A stretch of 64,000 nt of DNA. It comes from Enoplolaimus lenunculus. Lineage: Eukaryota. The stretch covers positions 124,001 through 188,000 of the forward strand of contig JASANG010001546.1 of the NCBI GenBank assembly GCA_030248215.1, in the 5' to 3' direction. The notes below the pieces were generated by a model. The model was not told where the DNA came from, ran no database searches, and worked only from the letters and a program-made list of their open reading frames with translations. Positions 1-14,400 of the stretch are shown in pieces. Made by a program: the position numbers and the translations under genes. The first letter of the stretch is position 1. Each line of letters opens with the position of its first letter.

Positions 1-2338
1 GCGCCTTGCGCAATGCCGATTAAATCCGTGATGCCTAATTTCCTTCACATGTTAAGCCACCGTGACAATCTTAAATTTAAATCCACTCGACCTTACTTAT
101 TTCAACTTCCGCCTTTAACTCCAAATACACCAACGCAAACTCAAAACTGTAGGTAATAAATGCACAAACCGCAAGCTAAATTAAACGTCCGTTCTGTAAG
201 CAAGTCAAACCAAGACTGATTCCGGTCCTGGCTACCCATATCGGCATCTCGACCTCATTTGCATTTTTGCCGACACCCACAATTGGGTGTCCGCAATGCG
301 GTCGAGGTCGAGAGCCACACAACCGGTACTACAACAACAACAACAACCATGCCGGAGACACTCAATATAAAGCACCATTTTTGGTGCTGACATAGCCTAG
401 CTATGTCGTTAAGCGCAAATATAGCCAGCTCGATATGCACCATTAATCAATACCGTTCTATGGCCACGCAGGGCCCCAGGTAAGTTTACATTGCGGACAC
501 AGCCGCCATAGCATAGTTTTACCAATTTTTACGCCTTGTAGCAACGCCTAAGCCTAACTTAAGTTCTAAGAGAGACTAGGTGGAGCCAGGGACTCCCTTA
601 AGGTGTGGTTTTGATATAGGGTTTTATTTTAGTTTTAGTTTTTAGTTTGAAATAGGTTTAAGTGTGGCACAGCCACCTACAATAAGTATATTCCTAAGCC
701 TATACTTCAGCGTAACGATGAACCTATAAGCCTAAGCCTAAGCCCAAATCAAAATAATTCGGTCTTAAGGCTTAAGCTTACTCTTTGCGTCAAAGCAACA
801 TGGGCTACAAAGAGTATACTTTTTTATTCATTAAAATTTAAGTAAATATATCGTTGCTGGCTTTACAAAAATTGTTTGAATTTTTAATTTATTTAAAAAC
901 AAAGCTAAAACAAAATAATACCAGTTTTCACTCATTGTATATATTGTCTCGACATTAAAGCTTGAAAAAATATAGGCCTTTGAGCTCAAAAAATTAACTG
1001 AAAAAACATCTGTATTAAAACTTTAAAAGCGCGAATGGAACTGTATTAATATTTATTAAGTATACAGGAAATATACGAAGCTGTTCAAATACAAAATTAA
1101 CCAGTAAAATACAAGCAATTTTTGAGGGACTTTGTTTGAAAGAAAAAAAAGATTTTCAAATAGAGGCTAATGTTACTTTTAGGGCCGTAATAGTAGATTA
1201 AGCGTATTCCTAAGCCTAAAACTAAGCAAAAAAACGTAGTCTATAATGTAAGCTTCAAGTACTCTTTTACAGATCCACCAGAAACCGAGACGGCCCTAAA
1301 ATGGTCCCAAATAGATATTTAAAGCGAAATGGCGTCTACACGAACTACGTTTGACTTTAAAACGGTACTGTTCAATAGAACTATGCTTGGGGTAAATCAT
1401 CGGCCAATAAGAACAGGGCCATATAACAGGGTGATATAAAGCATATATTCATAAGCCTAAACCTAAGCAAAAACCTAAAACTGCGGTCACCAAAAAACGT
1501 TCCGCCCCTGATGTTTTCAATGGCTGAAACATTGCAGGGAGACCAACGGATATATTCATCAAAAAATTGCTATTTTAAAATTGAATGTATGAGAAAAATG
1601 GTTTTAAAAATCTTTAATTTTAAGTCAATCAGACAAATTATCTTACAACACTAAACAATTTCATTCGTTTTGAAATGCAACAGTTTGCCGTTAATTTTAT
1701 TTTCAGTAGTCGAAACGGTTAAATATTTCGTAAAATTGTTTAAATTTTTTTAGTAAATCAATAGAAATGTTGAAAGGTTAACATTTTTATTCCTAAAACT
1801 AAAAAATGAAGTTTAATTAAAAATAAATTTAAAAGCCCTACACATCATGGTGCAACCGGAGTTCTGCCTACGACTCTGGCTCCGGCAGAAAATCGGCATC
1901 CGGCTCCGGTTCCGGCAAGTTTCGTTCACCTGCGGCTCCGGCTCCGGTTCCGATATTTTTCACCTCCGCGTTGCACCCTGCTGCACCCGTGCGAAATTTT
2001 GAAAAACACTGAAAAATACGAAGTTTCATTCACTTTTATTTAACTTCTTTTTACATGCATTAAATGACAGTGTAATATCAAAAATCTTAACCTTTAAATC
2101 ACAGTGTGTTTTCTATATAAAAAATTTATTATTTATATTTTTGTTTTTTCAAATTCTTTTGTTGCGGTTTTCAATTATTTTTGAACCAGACTTAACCTCC
2201 AAAGTGATATATATGACGGAAATGCCACCAGTTCCGGTTTGAATTAACACTAAACACTTTAATATATTTTGTTTCAATGTATAATGTGAATATATTTGAC
2301 TATTTGAGTAGTGTAAACCAAATATAGTTTAGTTTAGG

Positions 2339-2774
2339 GGCCGTATTCTCAAACGTAAATAGCATCTATCATCAGTTAGCAATAGGTTTTCAAACTGACG
2401 AATGCCTGTAATTGAAAGTGTCAAAATTGGTATAGAAGTAGGGGACATCAAATGAGAACAATGTGCTCAATCTTGATACTAACCATTCGCTTGTTCGAAA
2501 TTCACAAGACCTACACTGCAAAAAATGGTAAGTCAAATTGACTCTCTCCGAAATACCTAGACTCTACGGTACTACACAATCTGATTCAAATTCGACTCCA
2601 CCATGAGTCAAACGTGCGACTTAATGAGTCGAATTTGACTCTGGTGGAGTTGAATTTGACTCAGATTGTGCAGTCCCACAGAGCCTATTCGGAGGGAGTC
2701 AGCTTGACTCATAATTTTTTTGCAGTGTATCACCAACTGGTAATAAATGCTACATATATTTTAGAATACGGGCC
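2339..2774. mobile_element. GGCC-terminal MITE hosting the 2514-2727 insertion; relatives at about 28185-28410 and 60935-61155
   Basis: TIR ggccgtattctcaaa..tagcat / atgcta..ttagaatacgggcc; the interior ccagttgatgataggtcttg is shared with the paralogous copies. Confidence 0.7.
2514..2727. mobile_element. Palindromic CACTG-terminal MITE (CMC/EnSpm-like ends), TA target duplication
   Basis: ta|cactgcaaaaaatgg...tttttttgcagtg|ta, nearly fully self-complementary, with GAGTCAAATT/TTTGACTC repeats. Confidence 0.88.
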
Positions 2775-3929
2775 AAAGTGTAAAAAATCGGTCGTTTTTC
2801 GTTCCGGCCAAATTTATACAATGTAAAATTCGTTTGCAATTTTCCGCTTCTGATGCACTTTTATCAAAGTAAGCAAAAGTTTTAACTTTTACGAATTCGC
2901 ATCGTAGCCGCTCGCTGTGCACTAGAAAAACACAGTTTAAATGCGAATAATTGCAAACAGAGAAAAGTTCTTTTGGTTAATTATTAATGAGTTTAGATTT
3001 CGCATTCGATTCTTTATATCAAAGTTCAAACTCGAAAGTGAGCGAACGAGCGAGGTATATTTATTCTTCGAAGCGATTTATGAAGCATAAATTACTCAAA
3101 AGTGGATTTTTAATCATTTCAGATCACCGGCTTTGAAACGTAGAATAACAGGCATAAATCACGGCACTTTCTATACGAAACTTATATTTAACTGTAACAA
3201 TTTAAGGGAACTTATATATAGTTATTAGTTGAAGACAAAATACGATATATATAACGGCCAGGGCCGGAGCCGTATAATGAATTCAAAGCTAATACTTGCA
3301 TTCAAACATCAGAACGTAGCCTACAATTCTTCTTTCCGTGGCTTACTTACACGGACCCCATTGTCCCGGTCTCCTGATCTAGGCCGCCCAGCCAACATTG
3401 TTAATCGACCACAGCAAAGTTGATCTTTTCCCGGAGACGATTATACATCGCCATCTTTGTGAAGCTACAAAAACTGCAGTACCTACACTAAATCTTTAAT
3501 TCAAACGCAATTCCTCAATATATCTGTAGTATGTATATGGATCGCACTGTTTGAGCTTAAAATAAAGTTTCAAAATATCCTCGCTTCGAAATATTTGAAA
3601 TAATTCGTTGAAATCGTTTGAAGATCCTACGACAGTAGCTTCAGGTTGTCAAGTAGGCGTAGTACGTCTGGTTGACTTCAGTTGGTCTATTATTTTTGCT
3701 CAGCCTTAGGCATACTTATAGACCCATTGTTACGCTGAAGTTAGGCTTAGCCTTAGGAATAAAAAGAATATGGTGATATATATTATGTTACGTCCGTAGA
3801 ATAACACTTGTCATCTATTGCCAGCGTTCTTGTAACCCAAGTAAACATACTGACATTGTGTATATATTATGCAGCGTGAAAAATTTGTGTTCGAATGTTT
3901 TCTTTTAAAAATCTTTTAACTGAAGTTTT

Positions 3930-4070
3930 GTCCCATGTAAAGAACAGGGGCGGAACGTTTTTCTGCGGGACTAGAAAAGAGTAAACTTAAGCTTTACGCT
4001 ATTTTTGCTCGGCTTAGGCTTTAGGCATATGCTTATAATACTGTTCCGCTCTTGTTCTTTTACATTGGTC
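3930..4070. mobile_element. TTAGGC-array MITE family A (further copies at about 1402-1515 and 61429-61605)
   Basis: gtcccatgtaaagaacaggggcggaacg ... cttgttcttttacattggtc. Confidence 0.85.
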
Positions 4071-5081
4071 GAAGTTTTCAAAGATGCAACAAAGATTTAC
4101 AAACTGTTAACCATAGGGCATAACTCGTATAACATACGAAGTTTCACTAACGATTGCCGTAACCTAAAACGAAAATACAGGCGATTCATAGGTTCGGCAC
4201 TGTTCGATGCATTACTCCGTATCCTTTTCCTGGCGTAAAAATGAAACAAGGGCTATACGATTTCCAACGAAACTTCTAATGCGAGGTTCACGTTATAACT
4301 GGGGCAGCAGGAAACGCGTTTTGTCCCTACTTAATAGCGGATAACATTTTGTCTGCTAGTTGATCCGCTATCAAATTCAAAAAATTTGAATTGTCTGCTA
4401 TACTGATGTGATATTAACGGTTTGTTTTGTACTGCAGTATCATGATATATTCGAAATATTGGATGTCAGTATCGTATGATACCAGGGTTGTTTGCCGGAA
4501 TAGAATTTACCAGAAAAAATGGGTTTTTCCATTTTTTCATTTTTTGCGAGGGGAGTGGAAAATGGAAAAAATTAAACGGTTCTTAATTATAATTTGCAAG
4601 TAAATATGATATAAAATAACGTTTTTAGACGACATGTAACTATTTTTCATGCAAAACATTAACAGTGACCGTGTGTATATGTCCACCAGGACACATTATA
4701 TTCCGAAAAGAGCAAAAATTGCAGCAATTGAATATATAAATTGATTTCAGATGTGAAGCTTTGCCACGACCGTATGATTTGACACAAGACTAAGTCTAGC
4801 TTCAACCGCGCTTTGCTCGCGGGTTGCAGTAAACTAAGCGGCTTTGATGTCAGAAAACCCAAAAGCGTCTTGGGATTTAATATATATACTTACAAAAAAC
4901 AAGTGTGACTTCTTTAGCTCGCTCAACTTATGAGTTTCTGATGTTCCGATGACCTTCTCCGATTATTGCACGCCAAAACTTAAATTTTTAAAAAATTCAA
5001 ATTTTAAGGTCCCAAATTCATCCATTGAACTAAAGAATTTTTCATCGAAAAATTATACAAATTATAGACCATTGGATACAT

Positions 5082-5752
5082 GCGGGGTTCACGTTATAAC
5101 CGGGGCAGGCGGGACACGGTTTGTCCCATGTTGATTCGACGTCAACGTTAAAATTCGAGCTCTTATAGCGGGTCAACAGACATAACTCGAATGTTATGTG
5201 ACATTAGCGTACAAACCAGCGCTCTCAAATGATTAATGTGTACAAGGGATGGTATTTTACGTGATACTGTGGGACATTTATGCGAATATCATGATATTCA
5301 TAAATTACAACGATTATCATATGATATTCAGCGGGACAGTGTATATAATCTTTGGGTACTATGAATGAATAAAGTTGGACGACTGCGACACAAAGATGCT
5401 TTAAATATTAAATACACGTCTGGAAATCGATTTCCGACCCAAAACAGCTCAGAAAATCACTGTATAATTCAAAAATTCAAATTTTAAATTCTAGTATCAT
5501 GATTTTTAACAGGACAATGTGGGTATGTTACCTCAAGTATACAGACATTTGAAAATATATCATATGATATTCGCTGACAATACGTCGAATATCATATGAT
5601 ATTGAAGACAAAAGGTGACCTACACATGATGATAGCAGACAAATGCGACTTTTTGAATATGATATGGGGTCTATTAGCAGACAAAATGTAGCCCAATAGG
5701 CTAATAGGAACAAAACTTGTCCCAAGCTGCCGCTGTTATAACGTGAGCCCGC
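5082..5752. mobile_element. MITE with GCGGGGTTCACGTTATAAC TIRs (partials at about 4281-4480 and 39855-40432)
   Basis: gcggggttcacgttataaccggggcag / ctgccgctgttataacgtgagcccgc; long imperfect internal inverted repeat. Confidence 0.82.
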
Positions 5753-7197
5753 AACAGGCTATACGGAGCTAAGATAAATATTGTTAAATGTTTCTCAATC
5801 AAACGTCTGGCTAACGAGTCAGTGAAGTTGTCTAACTTATCGAAAAACATTTCTGGGTGCCAAGTTTTAGTGAACTCGTGGCCTTAAAAATCGAATTGTT
5901 CGAAAATTCAGATATGGGCTCGGAATGATCAGGGGATGTCATCAGAAGCTCAAATATGCAGAAAGTTTAAAAATGCAAGCATTTTTGGGCAAACGCCGGC
6001 TAAGGGTGGGATGACTGATCACTCTGACAAAGAATTTCATTTTTTTCCGGAAAAAAATTAATGTTCGTCCGGCCATAACTGTTTTGCGGAAAAAACCCTG
6101 TATGATACTACGCTTTAAAGTGTTCGCAAAGCTGTGGTACACTAGCCTGCTTTTCGTGTAGAATGTCATTTCATACTAAAGTTTGAAATTTTAAATATAT
6201 TAAGAAAATTTTAGGCAGAAACAGAAATGTAGAAGCTAATTCAGCGTTCGAAATGCAACAACCTTTTATTATTCTATTTAGTGAGTACAATATGTTATCC
6301 TGCATAGTATCATGTATTTAGCCGACAGGCGGACCCGCATTTATTTTAAAATTAAAAACACCCTAAACGCTCTGATAAGTACAGGGCATCCTGTTTTACT
6401 GATATACAAACAAATCAGATACAACTAACAATTCGAAGCACAATTTTGGTTTTACTTGACTGTAGTGACCCAAATAAGAGGTGGCTGGGGTCCTCATTTT
6501 GAAGAATCCGTATCCCTAGTAAGAGTCCATAAGCGGATAGAGTCACTAAACCCCAATTATAGCCCATAAATCTCAATTATCAGTAATTGTAGCGCATATG
6601 ACTCCAGCACCAAATGAAGTTGAGTTCGAAACTTCAAAGCATACTTAAGTTTTGAAAGTATCATTCCAAAGTATAACCTTGTATTATCGCTCAAGCTTTT
6701 GATAAAAGGCAGAAAACGTTTAATACAACGGATTGTTGCAATACTGCATATATGTCAGTAAACGAAGGGTGGCGGAGGGCAGGCTGAAAATAAATAACAG
6801 TCCGTAACCGAATAACAGGGAGAGCTCCCTCTGGAGAGGCCAAACAAATCAGTCCCCAACTCATATTCGGGTCAATACAGTATACAGTTCCCGCCGGAAA
6901 GTGGCCAAATTTAGCGTCCGATCTAATATACTGTATATATAGTTTATAGCAGCACAAATTCTGTTCTGCAAACATTCCGCCAAACAATTAGTGTGAGCGA
7001 AACGCATTATCATTTACTCACCATCTCAACCATATTAAAAATTCTAATTTTATTTTGCTTTCAGTATAACTATCACTGTAGTGAAAATTTCGCAACAATA
7101 AAACAGTTCAAAAGCCAGGAAGTTGAGATGGTGCAACATCGATTTGACAATGATCGCACAATTTCAGTTGTAACATAAGTATATGTTGGCATAAAAC

Positions 7198-7378
7198 GGC
7201 CAATATTACTTTAAGGGGCGTAACAGTAGATTAAGCGTATTCCTTAAGCGTAAGCCTAAGCGTTGCAAAAATGTGTTCCTAAGCCTAAACCTAAGCAATA
7301 AAACTGTAATCTAGAATCTAAACCCACTCTTTTATACACCCACCAGAAACCTAGACGCCCCTTAAAGTAACATGGACC
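7198..7378. mobile_element. TTAGGC-array MITE subfamily A2 (relatives at about 1165-1300 and 54739-54922)
   Basis: TIR ggccaatattactttaaggggcg / cgccccttaaagtaacatggacc with internal gcctaa repeats. Confidence 0.82.
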
Positions 7379-8439
7379 ATTAAAACTACGCATTATCACG
7401 ATTTAAACATTTCAAGTAATCATATATTTCGTTTATGTTGGTTTTAAAACAAGAAATTGTGCCATATAGTACATATATGTGCAGTATTCCTGTCAAATAC
7501 AGATTCGTTTAACCATGAAGAAAGATAAATAACTACATAACGTTTAGCAGACGAATTCTGACGCTGTAACCTTGCTTACAAGCTTGCTATCCTATTAAGA
7601 ATTAAACTTTTTTATGTATGCTAGTTTACAAAACTTCGGAAATGATAAAAAAGTACAAAATATTATTGACATTCGAAGCTTAAAACATACGCTCACAGGT
7701 AAAAAGCAACGTATAATTACGTAAATATACTGCATATTCTAAACATACCACGAATGACCCAAATGTTAAAACAAGATATGAGTATTAAATATATCATTAC
7801 AATTATTAAACGATCTAATCCTTACGGTAGTTGTGCACTTCAAAAGGGTGACGCTGTGACATGCGATGCCGTTGGTCTGCATTCGTCGACGACCGTCACT
7901 ATCCGGTTCCGTACCGGAATGCACGAGTTTGTAGCTACGCCAAAACAAGTAGACATGGTTGTTCTTTTACTACGACACCATCATTAAGACTCGACATCTT
8001 ATACACAAGTTGCACTACTAAACAAAATTACTCTGGAAATATCCGGCACACGAGACCAATCTTTAAGCCTGAGTATAGTAAAATGTCATCGGCAGTCGAT
8101 GATATTTCATCAAACGTACATACAGGGATATTTTAAAATTGTCAATCTAGCAAAACATACCAAGCAAACGATTGCCAGTCCCACACTATTACCGATACAT
8201 CCTTTAAGGTCACTTGAGATTAAACAAGATTCGCGTTTGTCGTCGCATACTATAGATGATTTTGGTTAATTTTCGTTAAAGATTTGCAAATTCGGTCGTC
8301 CAAATTAGTCCAATTTTCTCGTGACTAGAGATTAGATCGAGCACGACCCTAGCCACCCACGAACTTCTTGTACTTGAGTATTCTTCGCTAGCCAGACAAA
8401 AGCCTTCAAAGAAAACTGAAAACTGATTTGAGTGAGTTT

Positions 8440-11400
8440 TCAATTTGCTGATTTAACCGCCGGCGTTTTCTTCATCATCGCTTTAATTGCACGCGCTCTC
8501 AATTCAAGTTCGTACACTTCGCGTTCCTTTGGCGTCATTAGCGATTTATCCTTTGACTTGGCAGTCTGTTGCAGACCGGAGGAGGTGCGTCTTTTTTGAA
8601 CCTCATCGCTATCAATCGGTTCTGTTTTAATAGTTTTCCCAGTTGAATTTCGTGACGAGGGACGCATCTTTGATTGCCGTGATTTCTGCTTGTCTAAAGT
8701 TGGGTCAGTCTTCGACGGGCGTCGACTGTTTGTAGTTGCACGATATGTTGGCTGGCTCGGCTTCATTGAACCAGTACTGTCGACTGATTTGGTTGTCTTC
8801 TTTCCTCTTTCCAGCTGTTCGCTTTCTTCCTCACTTGATGATTCTTCGTCGCTACTTCCGCTGGTTCCACTTCCGCTACTATTGCTGCTACCGCCACTAT
8901 CATCACCGTCACTGCTAGTCTCGCTACTGTCCGACTTCTTCCCACTCGTAGCCGGTTTCCGTCTAACAACCGGCGAGTCAGGCGGTTCCTGTTTGATCTT
9001 AATCGGTGACGGTTTCTTTGACACCCGAACAGCTCCAGATCGCGACGTCTGATTGACCACAGCTGATGTTGTCGTATTACCATCGTCCTTCGACGCTTTC
9101 TTCACACTAGGCAAACGATAGCTTTTCGCAGCACTGTTCACCGACTTTCGCGATTCCGTAATACTTCCCCCGCCACTATCATCTTCAGCCTCCAAATGCG
9201 CCAATCGTATTGAAGCTTTTGGCTTAGACACGTTATCAGTGTCTTTGCGCCTGCTGGAATTTTTGCTTTCATCTCGACGATTTTCAACGCTACCGCCACG
9301 TTTGTAACTGTAATTATTCCGCTGGGTACGTTTATGACCTCCACCCCCGCTGGTGTGGCTAACCCTTGACTCCACTACTGGAGACGTTTCACCTTCTTCT
9401 AGCCTCATCTGCCGTGATCGATGTCTGTCCAACGTTGAGTCTTGTTTGTCGCGTGTTCTAGTATCCTCAGTTCCAGTTTTACGCCGCTTAACTTGCCCAC
9501 CAGACTCGTCGTGTTCATTGATTGTCCGTGTCCGTTTGTTTCGGGTAGTTTCACGACTTCGATTGTGGTCACCTCGGTAATATTCGTCACTGTCGTCCAC
9601 TTCAAATTTGATCTTGTTCATAGCAACTGCTTCGTGCTGCCGCGATCGTTTATCTTCATATCCAGTTGTCGATTTGCCAACTCTATTCAAAGAAGTTTTG
9701 TCGCCGCCAATACCGCCATCAACACTAGGACCGGACCTCTGACGTCGGTCCCGTTGCTTCTCAGAACTTTCCTCATCGTTTCGTCTCGAATTTACCCTCA
9801 GCCGCTCTTTGCAGCCGTCTTTTAATGATAAATTGTTCCCTCTAACGTGGTCCGCACCACGCATGCGTTCAGCAATCGAAAAAGTATTAACGTCATTGCC
9901 ATCTTTATCACGTCTTCGCCGTTTAGCAGAACTACCCACTCGTTCAGTCGATCTACGTTGATTTTCATCTGGCGTCTGGTCCCGATTTCTCGTCGTCGCC
10001 GTTCGATACACACGTGGCAGCCGGTCTTCGGTTCTACCACCATCTGTTTTGTCACGACGACTTGATCTATTCTCGACCGCTTTCCGAGATTTTTCAGTTC
10101 TGTTGCTACTCGAGTGATCTCTACGAGTTCCGCTCAGTTCTCGATGACCATGACTGCTGTTGTTCCCACCGTTTGGTTCCACACCTCGGAGTGATGCTTC
10201 TAATTCGTCGTCAACGATTTCCGATTTTACAACAACCTTTCGTCTGCTAGTCGCCCCCGCGATACCAGCGTCGCTGTTTTCTTTTCCATCACCTCGTCTT
10301 CTAGACTGTTCGATACTACGATTCGCTCCCTCATGCCTAGATCCATCTGTACATGTTATCCTTTCACTATCCCCAACATCAACCTTTGACTTTTGATTGC
10401 TGCGATGTCTATTTCTATCACTCAATCTATCACTTGTTCTGACAACTGTTGTGTCATCGCCTTCATCATAGCTTTGTCCTCGCCGCCGGCTATCAGACGG
10501 ATTATCGGTGTTGCCCTCCAGTGCCCCCCGAAAACGATTACGTCTGACGTCCAGATGCAACTCACCTGCTGTAATATCATCGTCGTCACAGCTTTCTTCC
10601 TTGTTCCGGCGTCGCTTCCGTCGCGTTGAGTTCTCCGCCACAGATGCTGTCTCGGTGTTTCCGGTTCGTCGGCGTTGATCCACCAACTCATTTACGTGCG
10701 CGTTGATATCTTTTCGTCTCCGCCGGCTTTGGTCGCGTTGGTTCATTTCATGCCGCGTTTGACCATCTAGACTATTTCGCCTACGTGGCGACAGCTGTCT
10801 GCTGCCATCATCACCAGTTTGCTGCATCAACGACCGAATTGGCATTTCAGGCTCGTTTACCGCAGCATCTCCGCTATGATCATACGAGCGTCGCTTTCTT
10901 CGTTGCCCACCGCCATCTGCGTCGTCATAACCATTCATTTGCTGTAACCTCCTTTCATATTTTCGATGACTACCTGGCGAAGCATCTGTATCTAATGTCT
11001 GTTGATGGCCTCTGAGATCTTCGTTGTCCATCTCGTCGCTTGAATCTGACCACGCAGTTTCGTTTGGTGCCCGAAATTCATAGTCTTTAGCATTATCGGC
11101 CACTCCAGTACCTCCACCGGCAGACTTACTATCATCGGGCTCTATCAAGGGCCGGAAACGCTGTTGTGGCGGTATACGTTGTCGTCCATCGGTCTGAAAA
11201 TCAGTCTCATCGTCGTGAATTCGATTTTCGTGGCGAGTAAATCGTTCATCCCTTCGTTTGTGTCTACCCTGCTTCCGGCGCCGTCCCTCATCGCAAAAAT
11301 TGTCTCTATCCAATTCGTTACTGGGGCTGCCGCCATAAAAGGGCGGTGGCGGTGTCGTCCTCGAGTCAAAATCATCTAATCGTCCGCCCAGTTCACCATT

Positions 11401-14400
11401 ACCGCTATATCGATCAATACTATACCGCCTACGGCTGCGGTACTGCTGATAATACTCCGAACCATCTCTTACTCGACCAGCGTCTCGATCATATCGATCC
11501 CGATAACTGTCACCCTCGAGTTGAGGCCATCCGCCACCACCCGCCGGCGACTCTGCCTGGCGATATTTCGAATACTCCATCAGAGGAGCATTTCGGGATG
11601 TAGCTGATGGCGACCGATATTCATCCGTTCGATACCGGCTACTGAGGCGACTGCTATTAGCGACACCATACTCTTGCGAGACGGCAGGACGATACCGACG
11701 GGACGGATGGCCACGGCTACCACCGCTATTCGAAGTCCACGTATCCCATCCTGTCCCGCCGCGCCCGCCTGGAACATACGACGAATTACCTCTGCCTTGA
11801 TGATGAGAAGCATTATTGTAGCGGTTGTTACCACCGCTAAACCCAACTCCGCCTGTGCTCTCATTATCGTACGCGTACTGTTGTGTGGTGGGCACATAGG
11901 GACCTCGCGGTACAAATACAGGTCGCACAGGAAACGGACCACGCATGCTAGCACTATAACATGCCGTATCGAAAATAATATTATAGTTTTTATACCCGTC
12001 GCAAACACAAAACGGTGCAGGACCATCTGATAAATACGGTATATCGTCATCATCTTCATAACCGCCCCCATAATACCTGGGTGACACTGGCGCGTCGGCG
12101 CCTGACACGAGACTCTTCGATCGGCGGCGTCCTTTGCCATGCCGCCGACGCCTGCGTTTCTTTGAAGTAGAACTGTCACTTCGCTGGCTGCTCCTGCTCT
12201 CCGACGAGGAGCTTCCACTCGACCGATGTCCGCTAGTACGGCTGCTCCGACTAGATGAGGACTGGCTTGAGCGTTTGCGTCGCCGCCGATTATCACCGCT
12301 ACTCTTGCTACTGCCACTCCGTGATCTAGTTCGACTCCGGCTACTGCGTGACGAATAACTACCGGCACCACCATCATCGCCAGTTTTACTTACCGCCAAG
12401 GCACCAGCTTCGCCATCTTCAGCCCCGGAATCAAACCGACCACTAAAATCATTGCGGCCATAACCAGACGGCTGTTGCTTTTGTTGCTGTTGTACCGAAA
12501 CAATACCTGAAGCATTCTGCATTCGTAATGGCACGTACGGTTCACGCTTGACCACAGACAATCCAGTTTTCGGATCGATATACGTCGTTGTAATCAATGA
12601 TCCTGGCGCACCGGCCGTTCCTCCCGCTTGTCCAAGTCCAACACCTCGGGCGGTTGTCGCCCGAATTTGAGCGGTCGCCAATGCCCGCGGTGCCATTGTA
12701 TTGGCCATTGGAGCACCGGTACCGCCAGGAATGCCAAGCGTCGCAATCGACGGCCGGGGCTGTCGTGCGCGAGAAGGGATTGGTTTGACGTTACGAAACT
12801 GAGTCACGCGTGACTCACGAAACCGTCGCAGTGGATTGAAATCTTGTTCGCCAGTTGCGCGGTCAACCGGAGCTGGCAGCACTGGCGGCAGCATCGCTGT
12901 TGAATTTGCGTCGTCGCCTGTATCGACCGCGAGCAGGTCACTCGGGCCGAACATAGCGGCTGCGAGGGCTGGCGGCGGCGCCGGAGGTGCAGCGAGGCTG
13001 CCGCCGAGCCCCGCAGCCGCCTGCGTTGCGTCGTTGCCCGTTGTTTCTCGACCGGTACCTGCTGCACCTTGATTTGCCGTTTGCGTCTTGCCACCACCAC
13101 GAGTGATCACATCCACTGCAGCGAGTAAGTCTTCTGGATTTTCAACACTCAGCTTACTCAGTGTGGTCAACGCCGCTGTCATTGTGTCTTGATCGCTGTT
13201 GCCGACAGATCTGAGTCCAGCCGAAATCCCACCTGTCACAGCTGATATATCGCTGCTACTTGCAGCTGCCAACGAACTAGTCAACAACGCAAGCGCTTTC
13301 CGCGTTTCTTCAAGCTCAGCGTCATTATCGTCAAAATCTTCATCGCTGTCCGCAGACGAGAGCTGGGAGCCCGTTTCCTCTGAATCCGAGGATCCTTCGG
13401 TCGAAGATGTCCCTGCGTCGGTTTCATCCGTCTCATCGATGTCAAGTTTCTGCTTCTTACACGCGTCTTCTCCGTCGCTACCGCTATCAGACACAGATTC
13501 ATCACTGCTACTCTCAGTACCGTTTGTGCTTCTTACCTCAGACGGCTTAGTTGTCGTATCAGCGGCCCCAGTAGCCAAGCTATTATCTGCGCCAATGACG
13601 CTACTATCCGTCAGAGGACCAAACTCGGCTTCGTGTTGCGATTTTTCAACCACAATCCGATGCTGTTTCGATAGTTGTTCGCGCTGTGCTCTCAGCGAAT
13701 CGAGCTGCGCTTGTTTTTCAGCTTTCATTGTATTCAATCGGTCGTGTTTGAATTTAAGCTCGGCAAGAAAATCTTCACTATTTGCCATTTTGCTTGATTT
13801 CTTCCTACCGCCGTCATCGTCATCATCATCATCATCCGATTCATAATAACATGGCGGCGGTAACGTTGGCCCCTCAGGCTCTGGTTCAGGCTCACCTTTT
13901 CCACTGCCGTCTGCATTCTCTTCCGGTTCTGCTGCCAACCGTCCCGGTTTATTTTCTGCCGAATACACCTTGTGAGTACTACTCGTGTTCGCTGCCGCCG
14001 CTGCTTGCTTTTCTTGTTGCTGTTGTTGTTCTTTGCGTGCTGCTTCGACAATCTTCTGCGCTTTGATTTGCTTGAACAGCTGTTTAATCGGGACAATGCT
14101 TGTTTTCTGCCGTTGAAATTTCAGCTCAACGGTGGGCGGCGCTGGTGGTAGTTGTCCCGACGTTGTTATGTTGTCCGCAGCGGTAGTAGCAGGCAACGCG
14201 CCACCAACACTCCCATCAGCTGCGATTTGGGAGATCGATCCTGAAAGTTCCCCCTGGCTGCCATCGGTGAGACCAGGCATAGCACTGCCAATTGCAGGAT
14301 CGCTGGCTTCACCAGCTCCACGTTCAAACTTCGCAATGACCGCGTTAATCGCCGATGAATTAAACGGTGGTATAGGTGGTGGCATCAATGGAGCTGTCAG

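Noticed and set aside
349..479. Selenoprotein-like Cys-TGA read-through frame (HHFWC*HSLAM...)
   Set aside because: No recognisable selenoprotein homology, no supported downstream exons and no SECIS evidence.
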